Part shown: in pieces, positions 44,608 to 53,739 of the stretch | Position numbering within the stretch: the stretch's first letter is position 1 | Layout: each line of letters opens with the position of its first letter | NCBI GenBank assembly: GCA_027371545.1 | Contig: DAHXMW010000010.1 | Span: 2,697-66,696 of the forward strand | Length of the DNA stretch: 64,000 nt | Direction of reading: 5' to 3' | DNA from: Candidatus Micrarchaeota archaeon | Lineage (GTDB): Archaea; Micrarchaeota; Micrarchaeia; Micrarchaeales; CABMGC01 | Notes under the pieces: model-generated | Seen by the model: the letters and a program-made list of their open reading frames with translations, nothing else | What the model was told of the DNA's origin: nothing | The model's database searches: none | Program-made: the position numbers and the translations under genes

Positions 44608-44716
44608 GGCTTTTAGTCCGCATGCTTTTTTGGTGGCATGTTAGTTCATACGATCCCTGATAGATGCACCTTTATTTGCGCTGTGTGATTAGGAAAGCTT
44701 AAATTATTATTCGCGG

Positions 44717-44740
44717 ATATACGCATATATACGCATATAC
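44717..44740. repeat. Perfect tandem 10-mer ATATACGCAT x2.4
   Basis: ATATACGCAT ATATACGCAT ATAC, 35 nt upstream of the PIG-L deacetylase ATG (44775). TATA-like content. Confidence 0.8.
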
Positions 44741-44774
44741 TTGTTTTGGTAATGGCACTTTTAGGTGATTATTC

Positions 44775-45461
44775 ATGAAGGTACTTGGCGTTGCTGCGCA
44801 TCCTGACGATTTGGATTTTGGCGCTGCGGGAACTTTTGCAAAATGGTCTAAGGAAGGGGCTAGTTGCTACTACCTTATCTGCACGAACGGATGCAAGGGC
44901 TCTGACGATCCGAAGATGACAGAAAAGAAACTGATAAAGATAAGGCGCAGGGAGCAGATTGAAGCTGGCAGGGTGCTTGGGCTTAAGGGAGTATACTTCC
45001 TTAACCATAATGATACGCAACTTGTAGCCGATCTGAAGCTCAAGAAGGAGATAGTGCGAATGATAAGGAGGATAAAGCCTGATGTGGTAGTAACCATGGA
45101 TCCTACATTTGTCTATTCTAAGAGAGGCTTTGTCAACCATACGGATCATAGGGCTGCCGGGCAAGCAACTATAGATGCAGTATATCCTCTTGCAAGGGAC
45201 AGGCTCACCTTTAAGGAGCTTGAGAAGGAAGGCCTGAAGCCGCATACTGTAAAGACCCTTTATCTTACAAATTTCGAGAACAGGAACGAGATCGTTGACA
45301 TAAGCGATACAATAGACCTTAAGGTAGCCGCGTTGAAGTGCCATAGAAGCCAGATATCAGCCGAGAGCGTTTCCAGGATAAAGGAGATGGCAAAAATGGC
45401 AGGGAAAGATAAAGGATACAAATATGCAGAGGGATTTGTCAGGCTTGACCTCCCAGGATGA
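44775..45461 (+). CDS. PIG-L/LmbE-family N-acetylglucosaminyl deacetylase
   Basis: KVLGVAAHPDDLDFGAAGTFAKW (AHPDD motif), LICTNG and NHTDHRAAG (HxDH). Confidence 0.8.
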   Translation: MKVLGVAAHPDDLDFGAAGTFAKWSKEGASCYYLICTNGCKGSDDPKMTEKKLIKIRRREQIEAGRVLGLKGVYFLNHNDTQLVADLKLKKEIVRMIRRIKPDVVVTMDPTFVYSKRGFVNHTDHRAAGQATIDAVYPLARDRLTFKELEKEGLKPHTVKTLYLTNFENRNEIVDISDTIDLKVAALKCHRSQISAESVSRIKEMAKMAGKDKGYKYAEGFVRLDLPG

Positions 45462-46636
45462 CTCTGATGGTTTTCTCGCTCTTTAATTCGCGTGGGAGGA
45501 AGATTGAAAGATTCTACCCAATTTCCAGAGGTGCAGGCGGGATAAAGATATACGTATGCGGAGTCACCCCATATGACACTACTCACCTTGGGCACGCATT
45601 CACATACGTCTCATTTGACGTGCTTATACGCTATTTGAGGTTTCTTGGCTTCAATGTAAACTATACGCAGAATGTTACTGACATAGACGATGATATACTA
45701 AGGAAAAGCAGGGAGAATGGTGTAGGATGGAAGAGCCTGGGCAGCTTTTGGACAAAAAGGTACCTTAATGATATGAAGGCCCTAAATGTAGGGAAGCCTA
45801 CGCACTATGTCAAGGCTACCGAATCCATTCCTGAGATAATAGGGATGGTTTCGAAGCTTGTAAAAAAGAAGGTTGCCTACGAAAGGGAAGGAAATGTCTA
45901 CTTCGATGTGGCTTCCTTCGATGGGTACGGATCTCTCTCTGGATTTAACGAAGGGCAGATGAAGCTTCTCCTAAAGGAACGCGGCGGAGACCCTGATGAC
46001 AGCCGCAAGAAAGGCCCACTTGATTTCCTTTTGTGGCAAGGATCTAAAAAAGGAGAACCTTATTGGAAGTCGCCATGGGGTAATGGCAGGCCAGGATGGC
46101 ATATAGAATGTTCTGCTATGATACACGAGTACCTTGGGGAGCAGATAGACATACACGGAGGCGGAAGAGACCTCATATTCCCTCACCATGAGAGCGAGAT
46201 TGCGCAGTCAGAGAGCTTCACCGGCAAGAGTCCTTTCTCCAATTACTTCATGCATACTGCAATGGTAATGTACATGGGAGAGAAGATGGCAAAATCCCTT
46301 GGCAATCTTGTCCTTGTTTCGGATCTGCTTAAGAAAGGCCATACGCCAAACGCAATAAGATGGCTTCTGTTGTCGCATCATTATAGGAAGATATGGGAAT
46401 ACGAAGAAGGCGAACTTGAGGAAGCTGAATTTTATTCCGGCCTCATAGGCAAGCTCGGGAAGAGAAGCGCCTCGCCTCACGGAGGTGCTTTGGAAGCTTT
46501 CACCGATGCGATGGATAACGACCTAGATACTATTACGGTGCTCAAAATCCTAAGTGAACTCCTCGACTCCGAAGGAAGGAGCGAGGCTGCCGATTTGGTG
46601 AAAATTGTAGACACCCTTGGCTTCCTGAGGGCCTAG
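45458..46636 (+). CDS. Class I cysteine ligase, CysRS-like but C-terminally short (MshC-like architecture)
   Basis: [16 protein letters not shown] (HIGH), [61 protein letters not shown] (KMSKS) and DAMDNDLDT. The protein ends about 40 aa after DNDLDT, at 392 aa, so there is no room for a full CysRS anticodon-binding domain. The ATG overlaps the deacetylase TGA (ATGA). Confidence 0.75.
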   Translation: MTLMVFSLFNSRGRKIERFYPISRGAGGIKIYVCGVTPYDTTHLGHAFTYVSFDVLIRYLRFLGFNVNYTQNVTDIDDDILRKSRENGVGWKSLGSFWTKRYLNDMKALNVGKPTHYVKATESIPEIIGMVSKLVKKKVAYEREGNVYFDVASFDGYGSLSGFNEGQMKLLLKERGGDPDDSRKKGPLDFLLWQGSKKGEPYWKSPWGNGRPGWHIECSAMIHEYLGEQIDIHGGGRDLIFPHHESEIAQSESFTGKSPFSNYFMHTAMVMYMGEKMAKSLGNLVLVSDLLKKGHTPNAIRWLLLSHHYRKIWEYEEGELEEAEFYSGLIGKLGKRSASPHGGALEAFTDAMDNDLDTITVLKILSELLDSEGRSEAADLVKIVDTLGFLRA

Positions 46637-46655
46637 GTATTTTTCAAGTGCGAAT

Positions 46656-47885
46656 ATGAAAAATGACAAGGGATTCTCTTATCTAGTCTACTCGCGCATT
46701 TTCAGGAGCGTCGCGTTGATATTTATGACCCTCGGGTCTCCACTCTACCTTGCGCTCCTTAACTTAAGCATAACCGAGATAGGCCTCGTGTATGTTGGGG
46801 TGATGGCTTTTACGGCCCTCCTTTCCGTAGGACTTGGGATGCTTGGGGACAGATTCGGGTACAAAAAATCGCTCATACTGGGTGAGATACCGCCAATGGC
46901 AGGCGCAGTAGTTCTCGCATTGTCGCAGAACATATGGCTTGTTGGTTTAGGTGTTACCGTAGCGGGCATCAGTGGTGTTGCAGGAGGCATGCGCGGAGCC
47001 TTTTCGCCAGGCATGACAGCTTTTACGGCGAGCACCTATCCAAACCATGAGGAGAGAGTAAAGAAGCTTGGTACCCTTGTCGTCGCCGCTTCTGTATCAA
47101 GCGTCTTTGGGGCTATGCTTCTACTTAGCCAGTCTTACATAATACCGGTTTTCGGCGCGGCAGGTGCGTTCAGGGCTCTGTTTGGAGTTGCCGCGTTGAT
47201 GCTCTTCGCGTCATTTTTATGCCTCTTCCTTCTGGAAGAGAATCCAAGACCTGTAAAATCCACCAGGATGATGAAGCCTGAAAGCATGAGGTATATGGTA
47301 AGGATATCTGCACTTAGCATACTCAACGGCTTTGGGATGGGGTTGTCGCTTCCTCTTCTTCCGCTTATGTTTGCAATAGCCTTCAAGCTTCCTGCAGATA
47401 CTACTGCGCTGTATATAGGCATTATATACATACCATCGTATATAGCTACAGCAATAGGTTCGGATATTTCCAAGAAGCTATCTAGGAAGCTGGACGTTAT
47501 GCAGGTTGCTTCTGTAGCAAGGATGGCAAACGGCCTTCTCCTTGGGCTCCTTGGCGTGATATTCTTCATGCAGTATTATGGATTTCTGGTTTATCTTCCG
47601 CTTCTTGCCGCAGCTGCTTTTGTATATTCCTGCAGGTCGCTTGCGGCCGGATTCGGATCTGCGTCGATAAGCGCAGTAAGCGTGAAGGGAATACACGGCG
47701 AGGATTATGGAACCGCTACAAGCATACAGGGTCTTGCGGGAAATATTTCACAGGCAAGCAGCGGAATAAGTGGTTATTTGGCAGAGATATCGCTTCCGGC
47801 GCCGCTCTTTGCTGGTGCAATTCTCCAGACACTGAGCGGTTATTTGTATCCCAAGCTGCTTGCCGAAAAGAAGAATAAGAATTAA
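46656..47885 (+). CDS. MFS transporter
   Basis: About 12 TM segments. GMLGDRFGYKKS is the loop 2-3 motif. Confidence 0.75.
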   Translation: MKNDKGFSYLVYSRIFRSVALIFMTLGSPLYLALLNLSITEIGLVYVGVMAFTALLSVGLGMLGDRFGYKKSLILGEIPPMAGAVVLALSQNIWLVGLGVTVAGISGVAGGMRGAFSPGMTAFTASTYPNHEERVKKLGTLVVAASVSSVFGAMLLLSQSYIIPVFGAAGAFRALFGVAALMLFASFLCLFLLEENPRPVKSTRMMKPESMRYMVRISALSILNGFGMGLSLPLLPLMFAIAFKLPADTTALYIGIIYIPSYIATAIGSDISKKLSRKLDVMQVASVARMANGLLLGLLGVIFFMQYYGFLVYLPLLAAAAFVYSCRSLAAGFGSASISAVSVKGIHGEDYGTATSIQGLAGNISQASSGISGYLAEISLPAPLFAGAILQTLSGYLYPKLLAEKKNKN

Positions 47886-48658
47886 AGCCGGAGCGCAGAT
47901 GCGGCATTGGTGTCGATAAGGATCGTTGCGTCTCCATGCATTCTCAGTGCCGAGGCAGGCACCTCGGTGGACAGATCCTCACGGATTGATCTCATTATGG
48001 CAATCGCTTTAGATTCACCGGTAGCAATAAGCACTATTCTCTCTGCGGAGAGTATTGTGCCAATTCCCATGGTTATCGCGGCAGAAGGCATTTTTGCTCC
48101 TTTGAAGTATATTGAATTTGAATTTATTGTAGATGGGCTAAGGCTTACGACATGAGTCTTCGAGTCTATTGCGGTGCCTGGTTCGTTGAATCCTATGTGT
48201 CCGTTCGTGCCTATACCCAGGTACTGGAGCCCTATCCCGCCATTTGATACTATTAGATTTTCGTAGGATGACGCCTCTGCCTCTGGGTCAGCTGCATTTG
48301 AATTAGGTATGAATGATCTTTCTACGGCTATTTTCGAGAACATGTGCCTTTGCATGTAAGTCGAATATGTATTAGGATCGTCTGTCGCAAGGCCTATGTA
48401 CTCATCTAGGTTAAATGTGTTTATATCAAGTTTATTTTTGCCAAGCGCCTTGCATTGAGAGACTAGTTCCGCGTAGAAAGGCTCGAATGTGGCGCCTGTC
48501 GCAAGGCCTATGTTCCTGTTTTTTGATGTGGAGAGATAATTGAACAGAATCTTTACTGCGTCGCTATATAAGTCTTGCTGGCTCGCGTATATCCTGAGGC
48601 GCAGCCCGTTCGTTTCCTTTTCGGTATAAGCTCTTTTTGTGTACAGCATTTCACGCAA
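47882..48658 (-). CDS. nagB: Glucosamine-6-phosphate deaminase
   Basis: IGLATGATFEPFY, TFNLDEYIGL and LGIGTNGHIGFNEPG match NagB core motifs. Confidence 0.8.
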   Translation of the reverse strand: MREMLYTKRAYTEKETNGLRLRIYASQQDLYSDAVKILFNYLSTSKNRNIGLATGATFEPFYAELVSQCKALGKNKLDINTFNLDEYIGLATDDPNTYSTYMQRHMFSKIAVERSFIPNSNAADPEAEASSYENLIVSNGGIGLQYLGIGTNGHIGFNEPGTAIDSKTHVVSLSPSTINSNSIYFKGAKMPSAAITMGIGTILSAERIVLIATGESKAIAIMRSIREDLSTEVPASALRMHGDATILIDTNAASALRL

Positions 48659-48732
48659 TTGTATTTCGTAGGGAATATTTAAAAATATGAAAAGATATTT
48701 AGAAAGTATAGGTTTATGGCAAGGTTGGTGGA

Positions 48733-50082
48733 ATGGCTAGCGCGTTTGCTGTTGTCAAGAACATGGATAGCGTGCCTTCCTTTAAGAGCAGTGTGGCCGT
48801 AGAGAATGTATTCTTCAAGCTTGCAGAGCATATCAACAAAGATGGCTACATCAAGGCCTCGCTTACATATCCACATTATTATGCATGCTGGTTCAGGGAT
48901 GCTTCCATGACAAGCATCTCTATGGCAAACCTCGCCGCGGAGCTTAGCACAGAAAGGCGCGGATCTTCTGATGCTCCGCTTCTTGGTATAGACAGGGATA
49001 TGCCGCGAGAATTGTCTGCGAGGATACTCAGATTCCTTTGGGGCTCTGTAGCCGAAAATTCATGGAGAATTGGGGGGGCTGTAGATGGAGAAGACTATGC
49101 AAGTACTGAAGAGAGCAGGCATATACCAGCCAGGGTTGGCGAGGATGGAAAGATTTTTCACATGGAGATTGACGGAAAGGTGTTTACAGATAGGAAAGGG
49201 TACGATGTCTGGGATGGATACAATGTCCTTATAAGGCAGCATGACAGCATACCGTTATTGTTGCTTGCCACGGAGAATTATATAGGCAGATTTGGAAGGG
49301 ATGGTGTTGAAGGGGTTGTGGCGTGGCTGAAGGAGAATGCTAAGGTGGTAGCCAATTATGTCGAATCTACACTCTATACTCCATGCGCTAACGCATGGGA
49401 ACTTGATGACAATTCCTTCCATTCATACGACATCGCTGCGATACAGAGAGGCCTTAAAAGCCTTGCAGAACTTGATAGCATGCTTGGGCTTGGGGTAAAT
49501 AGGGATAAGCTCTCAGATGCGCAGCATACGGCAGGGCGGATGCTTCTTGAGCATTTCGTCAGGGATGGGATTCTCTTCAAGGCAACCGAATGTACAGATG
49601 GAAAGTTTAAGGAAGATCCCATAATGGAAGTCGATGCGTCTGCGATACTGGTATTCAATTATTTCAAGCCTCCTGAGCTAGGCAAGGATATTGAGATAAA
49701 TACAATGGCAAGGATAGAATCCGATCTCTTTGGTGGCAATATGCTGCCGCTGAGATATAAGCACGATGACTATTTCTATGGTGGGAGATGGCTGCTCCTT
49801 GGGCTTGAAGCTGCAGTCTGGTACACCAATAATGGTAACCGTGAAAAGGCAGCTTCCATTATTGAATATGTAAATGCGAAGTATCTGGCAACTGGTTCGG
49901 GTATGCTTCCGGAACAGGAGCTCGTAAACCCTGAATCTCCCGGGAAGGATCCATACGAATTCTTCGTCAGGAACGGAAGCAGCATGGTAACTGATCTTGC
50001 GTGGTCTGAAGCTGCGTACATAAACGCGTTTATTGCGATGACTTCGCGCAAGCCGGAGATAGAGATACTCGTCAGGAGATAG
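48733..50082 (+). CDS. Glycoside hydrolase family 15 (glucoamylase-like catalytic domain)
   Basis: YYACWFRDASMTSI, NAWELDDNSFHSYDIAAIQRGL, LPEQE and GGRWLLLGLEAAVWY are typical of an (alpha/alpha)6 GH15 domain. Confidence 0.72.
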   Translation: MASAFAVVKNMDSVPSFKSSVAVENVFFKLAEHINKDGYIKASLTYPHYYACWFRDASMTSISMANLAAELSTERRGSSDAPLLGIDRDMPRELSARILRFLWGSVAENSWRIGGAVDGEDYASTEESRHIPARVGEDGKIFHMEIDGKVFTDRKGYDVWDGYNVLIRQHDSIPLLLLATENYIGRFGRDGVEGVVAWLKENAKVVANYVESTLYTPCANAWELDDNSFHSYDIAAIQRGLKSLAELDSMLGLGVNRDKLSDAQHTAGRMLLEHFVRDGILFKATECTDGKFKEDPIMEVDASAILVFNYFKPPELGKDIEINTMARIESDLFGGNMLPLRYKHDDYFYGGRWLLLGLEAAVWYTNNGNREKAASIIEYVNAKYLATGSGMLPEQELVNPESPGKDPYEFFVRNGSSMVTDLAWSEAAYINAFIAMTSRKPEIEILVRR

Positions 50083-50092
50083 TGGGGCATCT

Positions 50093-50776
50093 ATGCTTGG
50101 GCATGGTGAAGAGAGCTCCGATGTGCCTCTTGTTTCGGCATCTATATTATCAGCAGATTTCGGCGCTTTACGCGAAGAAGCAGTAAGATTAGCACAAGCA
50201 GGAGCAGATAGCATACACGTAGATGTGATGGATGGGCATTTCGTGCCTAACCTGGCTTTTGGTCCGGATATTGTGCGTGCGCTGCATGCGCATCCAGGTA
50301 TACCGCTTCAAGTGCACCTGATGTTAGAGAGACCCAGGTCTTTCATACCCAGCTTCGCAGAATGCGGAGCGGATATGCTTATATTCCATTACGAGTGTGA
50401 TGATGATATTAAGCAACTTGCCAAATCCGCAGAAGATGCAGGGTGCAGTGCAGGACTTGCCATAAACCCTGAGACAGGATTCGAATCAATCAGGAATATC
50501 GTTGGATCTTTCGACTTGCTTCAGATAATGGGAGTTCATCCCGGCCTTAGCGGACAGGCCTTCATTCCGGATACTTTGAAAAAGATAGGAGATGCGCGTG
50601 CATATATGGATATGGAGCACCTTGGAACAGTGGTTGCAGTAGATGGCGGTGTGAAATTGGAAAATTCGCAGATGATACTTAATGCTGGCGCTGACCAGCT
50701 TGTAGTTGGAAGCTATCTCTCATCGGCTGAAGATGTAAAGGCTGCCATAGACAGGCTTAAAGGGATTATAGGCTGA
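50093..50776 (+). CDS. rpe: Ribulose-phosphate 3-epimerase
   Basis: SASILSADFGALREEAVRLAQAGADSIHVDVMDGHFVPNLAFG, VHLM, GVHPGLSGQAFIP and AVDGGV. Confidence 0.9.
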   Translation: MLGHGEESSDVPLVSASILSADFGALREEAVRLAQAGADSIHVDVMDGHFVPNLAFGPDIVRALHAHPGIPLQVHLMLERPRSFIPSFAECGADMLIFHYECDDDIKQLAKSAEDAGCSAGLAINPETGFESIRNIVGSFDLLQIMGVHPGLSGQAFIPDTLKKIGDARAYMDMEHLGTVVAVDGGVKLENSQMILNAGADQLVVGSYLSSAEDVKAAIDRLKGIIG

Positions 50777-50802
50777 ATTATATTGTAGCTTTTGGTGTTT
50801 TT

Positions 50803-52008
50803 TTGGATAGGAGAAGGACAGCTCTGACTTTTACCTCTTTGGGGCATTTCTCAAATGATTTCTCAAGCCTTCTGTTTCCTGTGCTTATAACGTATTTCCT
50901 TACCATACCTGGCATAAGCATCCTCTTCCTTGGTGTTATGGCCTTCATGTACAATATACTTTCCGGGCTTCTTGGTGTTCCGGTGAGTAGGATAGCGGAC
51001 AGGAGCGAGGCTGAAGGAAAACTTATGGCTATTGGCATATTGATAATAGGAGCGAGTGCAGTGTTTTTTGCATCTGCATTTTTTTACCAGCATCTTGCCT
51101 ATTTGCTAATCTTTGCGGGCACTATTGTTTTTGGTCTTGGAAGGGCTTTTTACCACCCTATAGGAGCATCTATATTGCAGAGGGAATACGGACCGGAAAA
51201 ATCCCCGGAGGTGATGGGAGTTAATGGTTCATTTGGAAGCATAGGAAGGGCAATAATGCCTACGGTGCTGATAGCAGCAGTAGGGTTTGCAGGACTGTTT
51301 AATGGGATGCTGCTTGTTGCTTATTTTTACTTTGCGTGTGGTATAATTATATTCTTGGGCCTTAGGCACATGCGCAGTGTGGCAAGGAACGCAGCTAAAC
51401 GCAAAGAAGGCAAGCGCATGGCAAGCAAGAAAACGGATTTCCGCAGGTATTATGCATTCCTTGCCGCATTTGTCGGGATAGTATTCGTGAGATCCATGTT
51501 CATAGAGGGCGTGATGACCTTTACGCCTGAATACGTAATCGGGTTGTTTGGCTCAGAGGTATTGATGGGTGTCCTTCTTACCGTAGGATTCTTTGCTGCC
51601 ATATTCGGGCAGATCTTCTTCGGAGTTGTCACTTCTAGGAAAGGAGGGCTCTTTGGATTCTCTGCCTCTGCTGTGCTTGCCCTCGTCGCATTTGTTCTTT
51701 TCATGCTCTCTGGAAAGTTGTTTATAATGGATGTAATTTCATATGCGATTTTCGTATTTGGCGCATTCAACGGGTTTCCTGTGCTCCTTGGATATGTAGG
51801 GCAGGTAATCCCTGCAGAGTACTCGACTAGGGCAAACTCGCTTGTATGGAATATAGGAAATACCATAGGAGGATCTGCGGGAATAGGCGTTTTTACAGTC
51901 CTACTTTACTATGTTAGCATAGGCACAGGCATGTGGGTTATGGTTGCGTTGGCATTTATCTCGGCATTGATGCTTCCGCTTCTTGCCTGGGCGGCAAATG
52001 ATGTCTGA
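50803..52008 (+). CDS. MFS transporter
   Basis: About 12 TM segments and an MFS-like loop (VSRIADRSEAEGK). TTG start. Confidence 0.7.
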   Translation: MDRRRTALTFTSLGHFSNDFSSLLFPVLITYFLTIPGISILFLGVMAFMYNILSGLLGVPVSRIADRSEAEGKLMAIGILIIGASAVFFASAFFYQHLAYLLIFAGTIVFGLGRAFYHPIGASILQREYGPEKSPEVMGVNGSFGSIGRAIMPTVLIAAVGFAGLFNGMLLVAYFYFACGIIIFLGLRHMRSVARNAAKRKEGKRMASKKTDFRRYYAFLAAFVGIVFVRSMFIEGVMTFTPEYVIGLFGSEVLMGVLLTVGFFAAIFGQIFFGVVTSRKGGLFGFSASAVLALVAFVLFMLSGKLFIMDVISYAIFVFGAFNGFPVLLGYVGQVIPAEYSTRANSLVWNIGNTIGGSAGIGVFTVLLYYVSIGTGMWVMVALAFISALMLPLLAWAANDV

Positions 52009-52037
52009 TAAGTATTTGCTGGCTGATATCGCAAGAC

Positions 52038-52634
52038 TTAGCCCCTTAGCGCGGCATGGGCTATTCCCAAATACTTTAATGGGTCCATGGGCGTTTCCCT
52101 GCTTGGCCTTGGGTTGTCTGATCTCCTTCTGATAAACTCCGACATTTTGCTCTCTAGTATGGATTTGACTACTCTGTCATTTTTCGGGTTGCCGTTCAGA
52201 TGTGGTATGTGCCAGTATTCATCCATGTATGGCTTTATGTTTGCATTTAGCCTAGAGGCGAGTTCCTTCTCCTCTATCTGCGATATCACTATCACATAAA
52301 ATATGTTTCCGTATTCCTCTTTGAAGGCCTTCATCTTGTCAAGCCATTTTGGATTGCAGTTTCCATGAGGCTCTATTATGACCTGACGGCCATCGACAAA
52401 CATATTTGTTATGAAATCCGGGAAGTATCCCCTGTTCTTGCTCACAGGAAATGTCACGAGTTCATAGTATGAAAGTATGTTGCGCTCTATCAGTAGTTTC
52501 TTTATCATCTCCTCGTACTGGCTCTTAGTCTGGGTTTCGGTCGAAAGAGGCCTTAAGCTTGGAAAGTCGGAAACTCGAGCTCCCAACCTAACAAACTGCC
52601 CGCTTTTCTGCCCCACATCAGGAAAAGTTAGCAT
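52038..52634 (-). CDS. Hypothetical protein, possible PD-(D/E)XK/DUF559-like nuclease fold
   Basis: YFPDFITNMFVDGRQVIIEPHG resembles the PDF...(I/V)(I/V)E(V/x)DG strand pattern of Vsr/DUF559-type endonuclease folds. Weak call. Confidence 0.3.
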   Translation of the reverse strand: MLTFPDVGQKSGQFVRLGARVSDFPSLRPLSTETQTKSQYEEMIKKLLIERNILSYYELVTFPVSKNRGYFPDFITNMFVDGRQVIIEPHGNCNPKWLDKMKAFKEEYGNIFYVIVISQIEEKELASRLNANIKPYMDEYWHIPHLNGNPKNDRVVKSILESKMSEFIRRRSDNPRPSRETPMDPLKYLGIAHAALRG

Positions 52635-52698
52635 ATGATTTATTGCCTAGAAAGATATTTATATCTTAAGATGCGCAATAACATAGAAGGCGCCTATT

Positions 52699-53739
52699 AT
52701 GGCAGTTTCTGCACAAAAACAAACTGTTAGAGACAATACTCTAGAAAGATACAAGAAGACTTTGGCGAGGTTCAAGTTGATAAGCACAGTTTCCCTGATA
52801 ATAAGCATTGTGGCGATACTCTTCTCCGTGGCAATTATTATTTTCCATCTTGGCGGGTCTAACGTAGTCTCTTATGTAAATGTGACTCAAAACTCTACTG
52901 GAACGAGCAGCAACAGCTTCGGGAGCAGGCTCACCAACATAGATGAGCCCCTAAACGCGACAGCGCTCTCCGTAATAAATAATGCGCCGACCAGCTATTT
53001 TGAGATTGCAGGGCAGAAGCTTCTCAATGGAACATTGACAGATCCAATAATACCGCAGATACCTAATTCGTCTGATACTTTTAACGAGATAGTGGTAAAT
53101 GGGAAGCCGACTGTTATTTATATAGGGGCTATTTCCTGCGTATACTGCGGAGAGAACAGGTGGGCAATGGCATTGGCACTCTCAAGGTTCGGAAACTTCA
53201 GCGAATTGTATAAGGGCTATAGCAGTTTTGGTGATCACAACCTTCCTACCTTGTACTGGATTCCTGACAACTACACCACGCAGGCGGGCGTTGGATACGG
53301 GAATTACTATTCTAGCAATTATCTCAATTTTGTATCTGCGGATTATGAATCTCCGATAGTGCAGGGATTCCAGGTGCAGCCTCTCTCGTATTTCATACAG
53401 AACGCACCGAATGAGACGTACAAGAATGCCATGAGCTTCATGAACAGCACCGGGCTTTTCCAGGGAACGCCATTCACCTTCTGGGGGAGATATGCTATAG
53501 ATGGAGCTGACGGAATTGTCTTTGGAAATTCTACCCCTACTTCTCAGACTCTCCCGCTTACGTATATGACACATGCGCAGGTTCTGCAGCAGCTTAGCAA
53601 TTTTAACGATCAGTTTGCATGGGGCGAGTATGCCGCAGCTGACGTGTACGTGGCTTATACTTGCGCGTCAATAAACAATACGGCAAGCATCTGCAGCCTC
53701 CCTGCAATAACAGGCATAGAGGCGAGGATGAAGATATGA
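52699..53739 (+). CDS. DUF929-like membrane-anchored CxxC protein (paralog of 26890..27702)
   Basis: N-terminal TM LISTVSLIISIVAILFSVAIIIF. YIGAISCVYCGENRWAMALALSRFGNF is collinear with [27 protein letters not shown] in the paralog. Many N-x-S/T sequons. Confidence 0.6.
   Translation: MAVSAQKQTVRDNTLERYKKTLARFKLISTVSLIISIVAILFSVAIIIFHLGGSNVVSYVNVTQNSTGTSSNSFGSRLTNIDEPLNATALSVINNAPTSYFEIAGQKLLNGTLTDPIIPQIPNSSDTFNEIVVNGKPTVIYIGAISCVYCGENRWAMALALSRFGNFSELYKGYSSFGDHNLPTLYWIPDNYTTQAGVGYGNYYSSNYLNFVSADYESPIVQGFQVQPLSYFIQNAPNETYKNAMSFMNSTGLFQGTPFTFWGRYAIDGADGIVFGNSTPTSQTLPLTYMTHAQVLQQLSNFNDQFAWGEYAAADVYVAYTCASINNTASICSLPAITGIEARMKI

Noticed and set aside
44769-45344. 191-aa minus-strand ORF
   Set aside because: Antisense to the PIG-L deacetylase, which has AHPDD/HxDH motifs. 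The composition is Leu/Arg/Tyr-rich with no motif.
49678-50214. 178-aa minus-strand ORF spanning the GH15/rpe junction
   Set aside because: Antisense to two well-supported genes. No recognisable domain.
53661-53735. 25-codon N-terminal extension of the C-G-C membrane protein
   Set aside because: It overlaps the DUF929 paralog coding region. The ATG at 53736 forms an ATGA stop/start overlap and begins directly with the first hydrophobic region.
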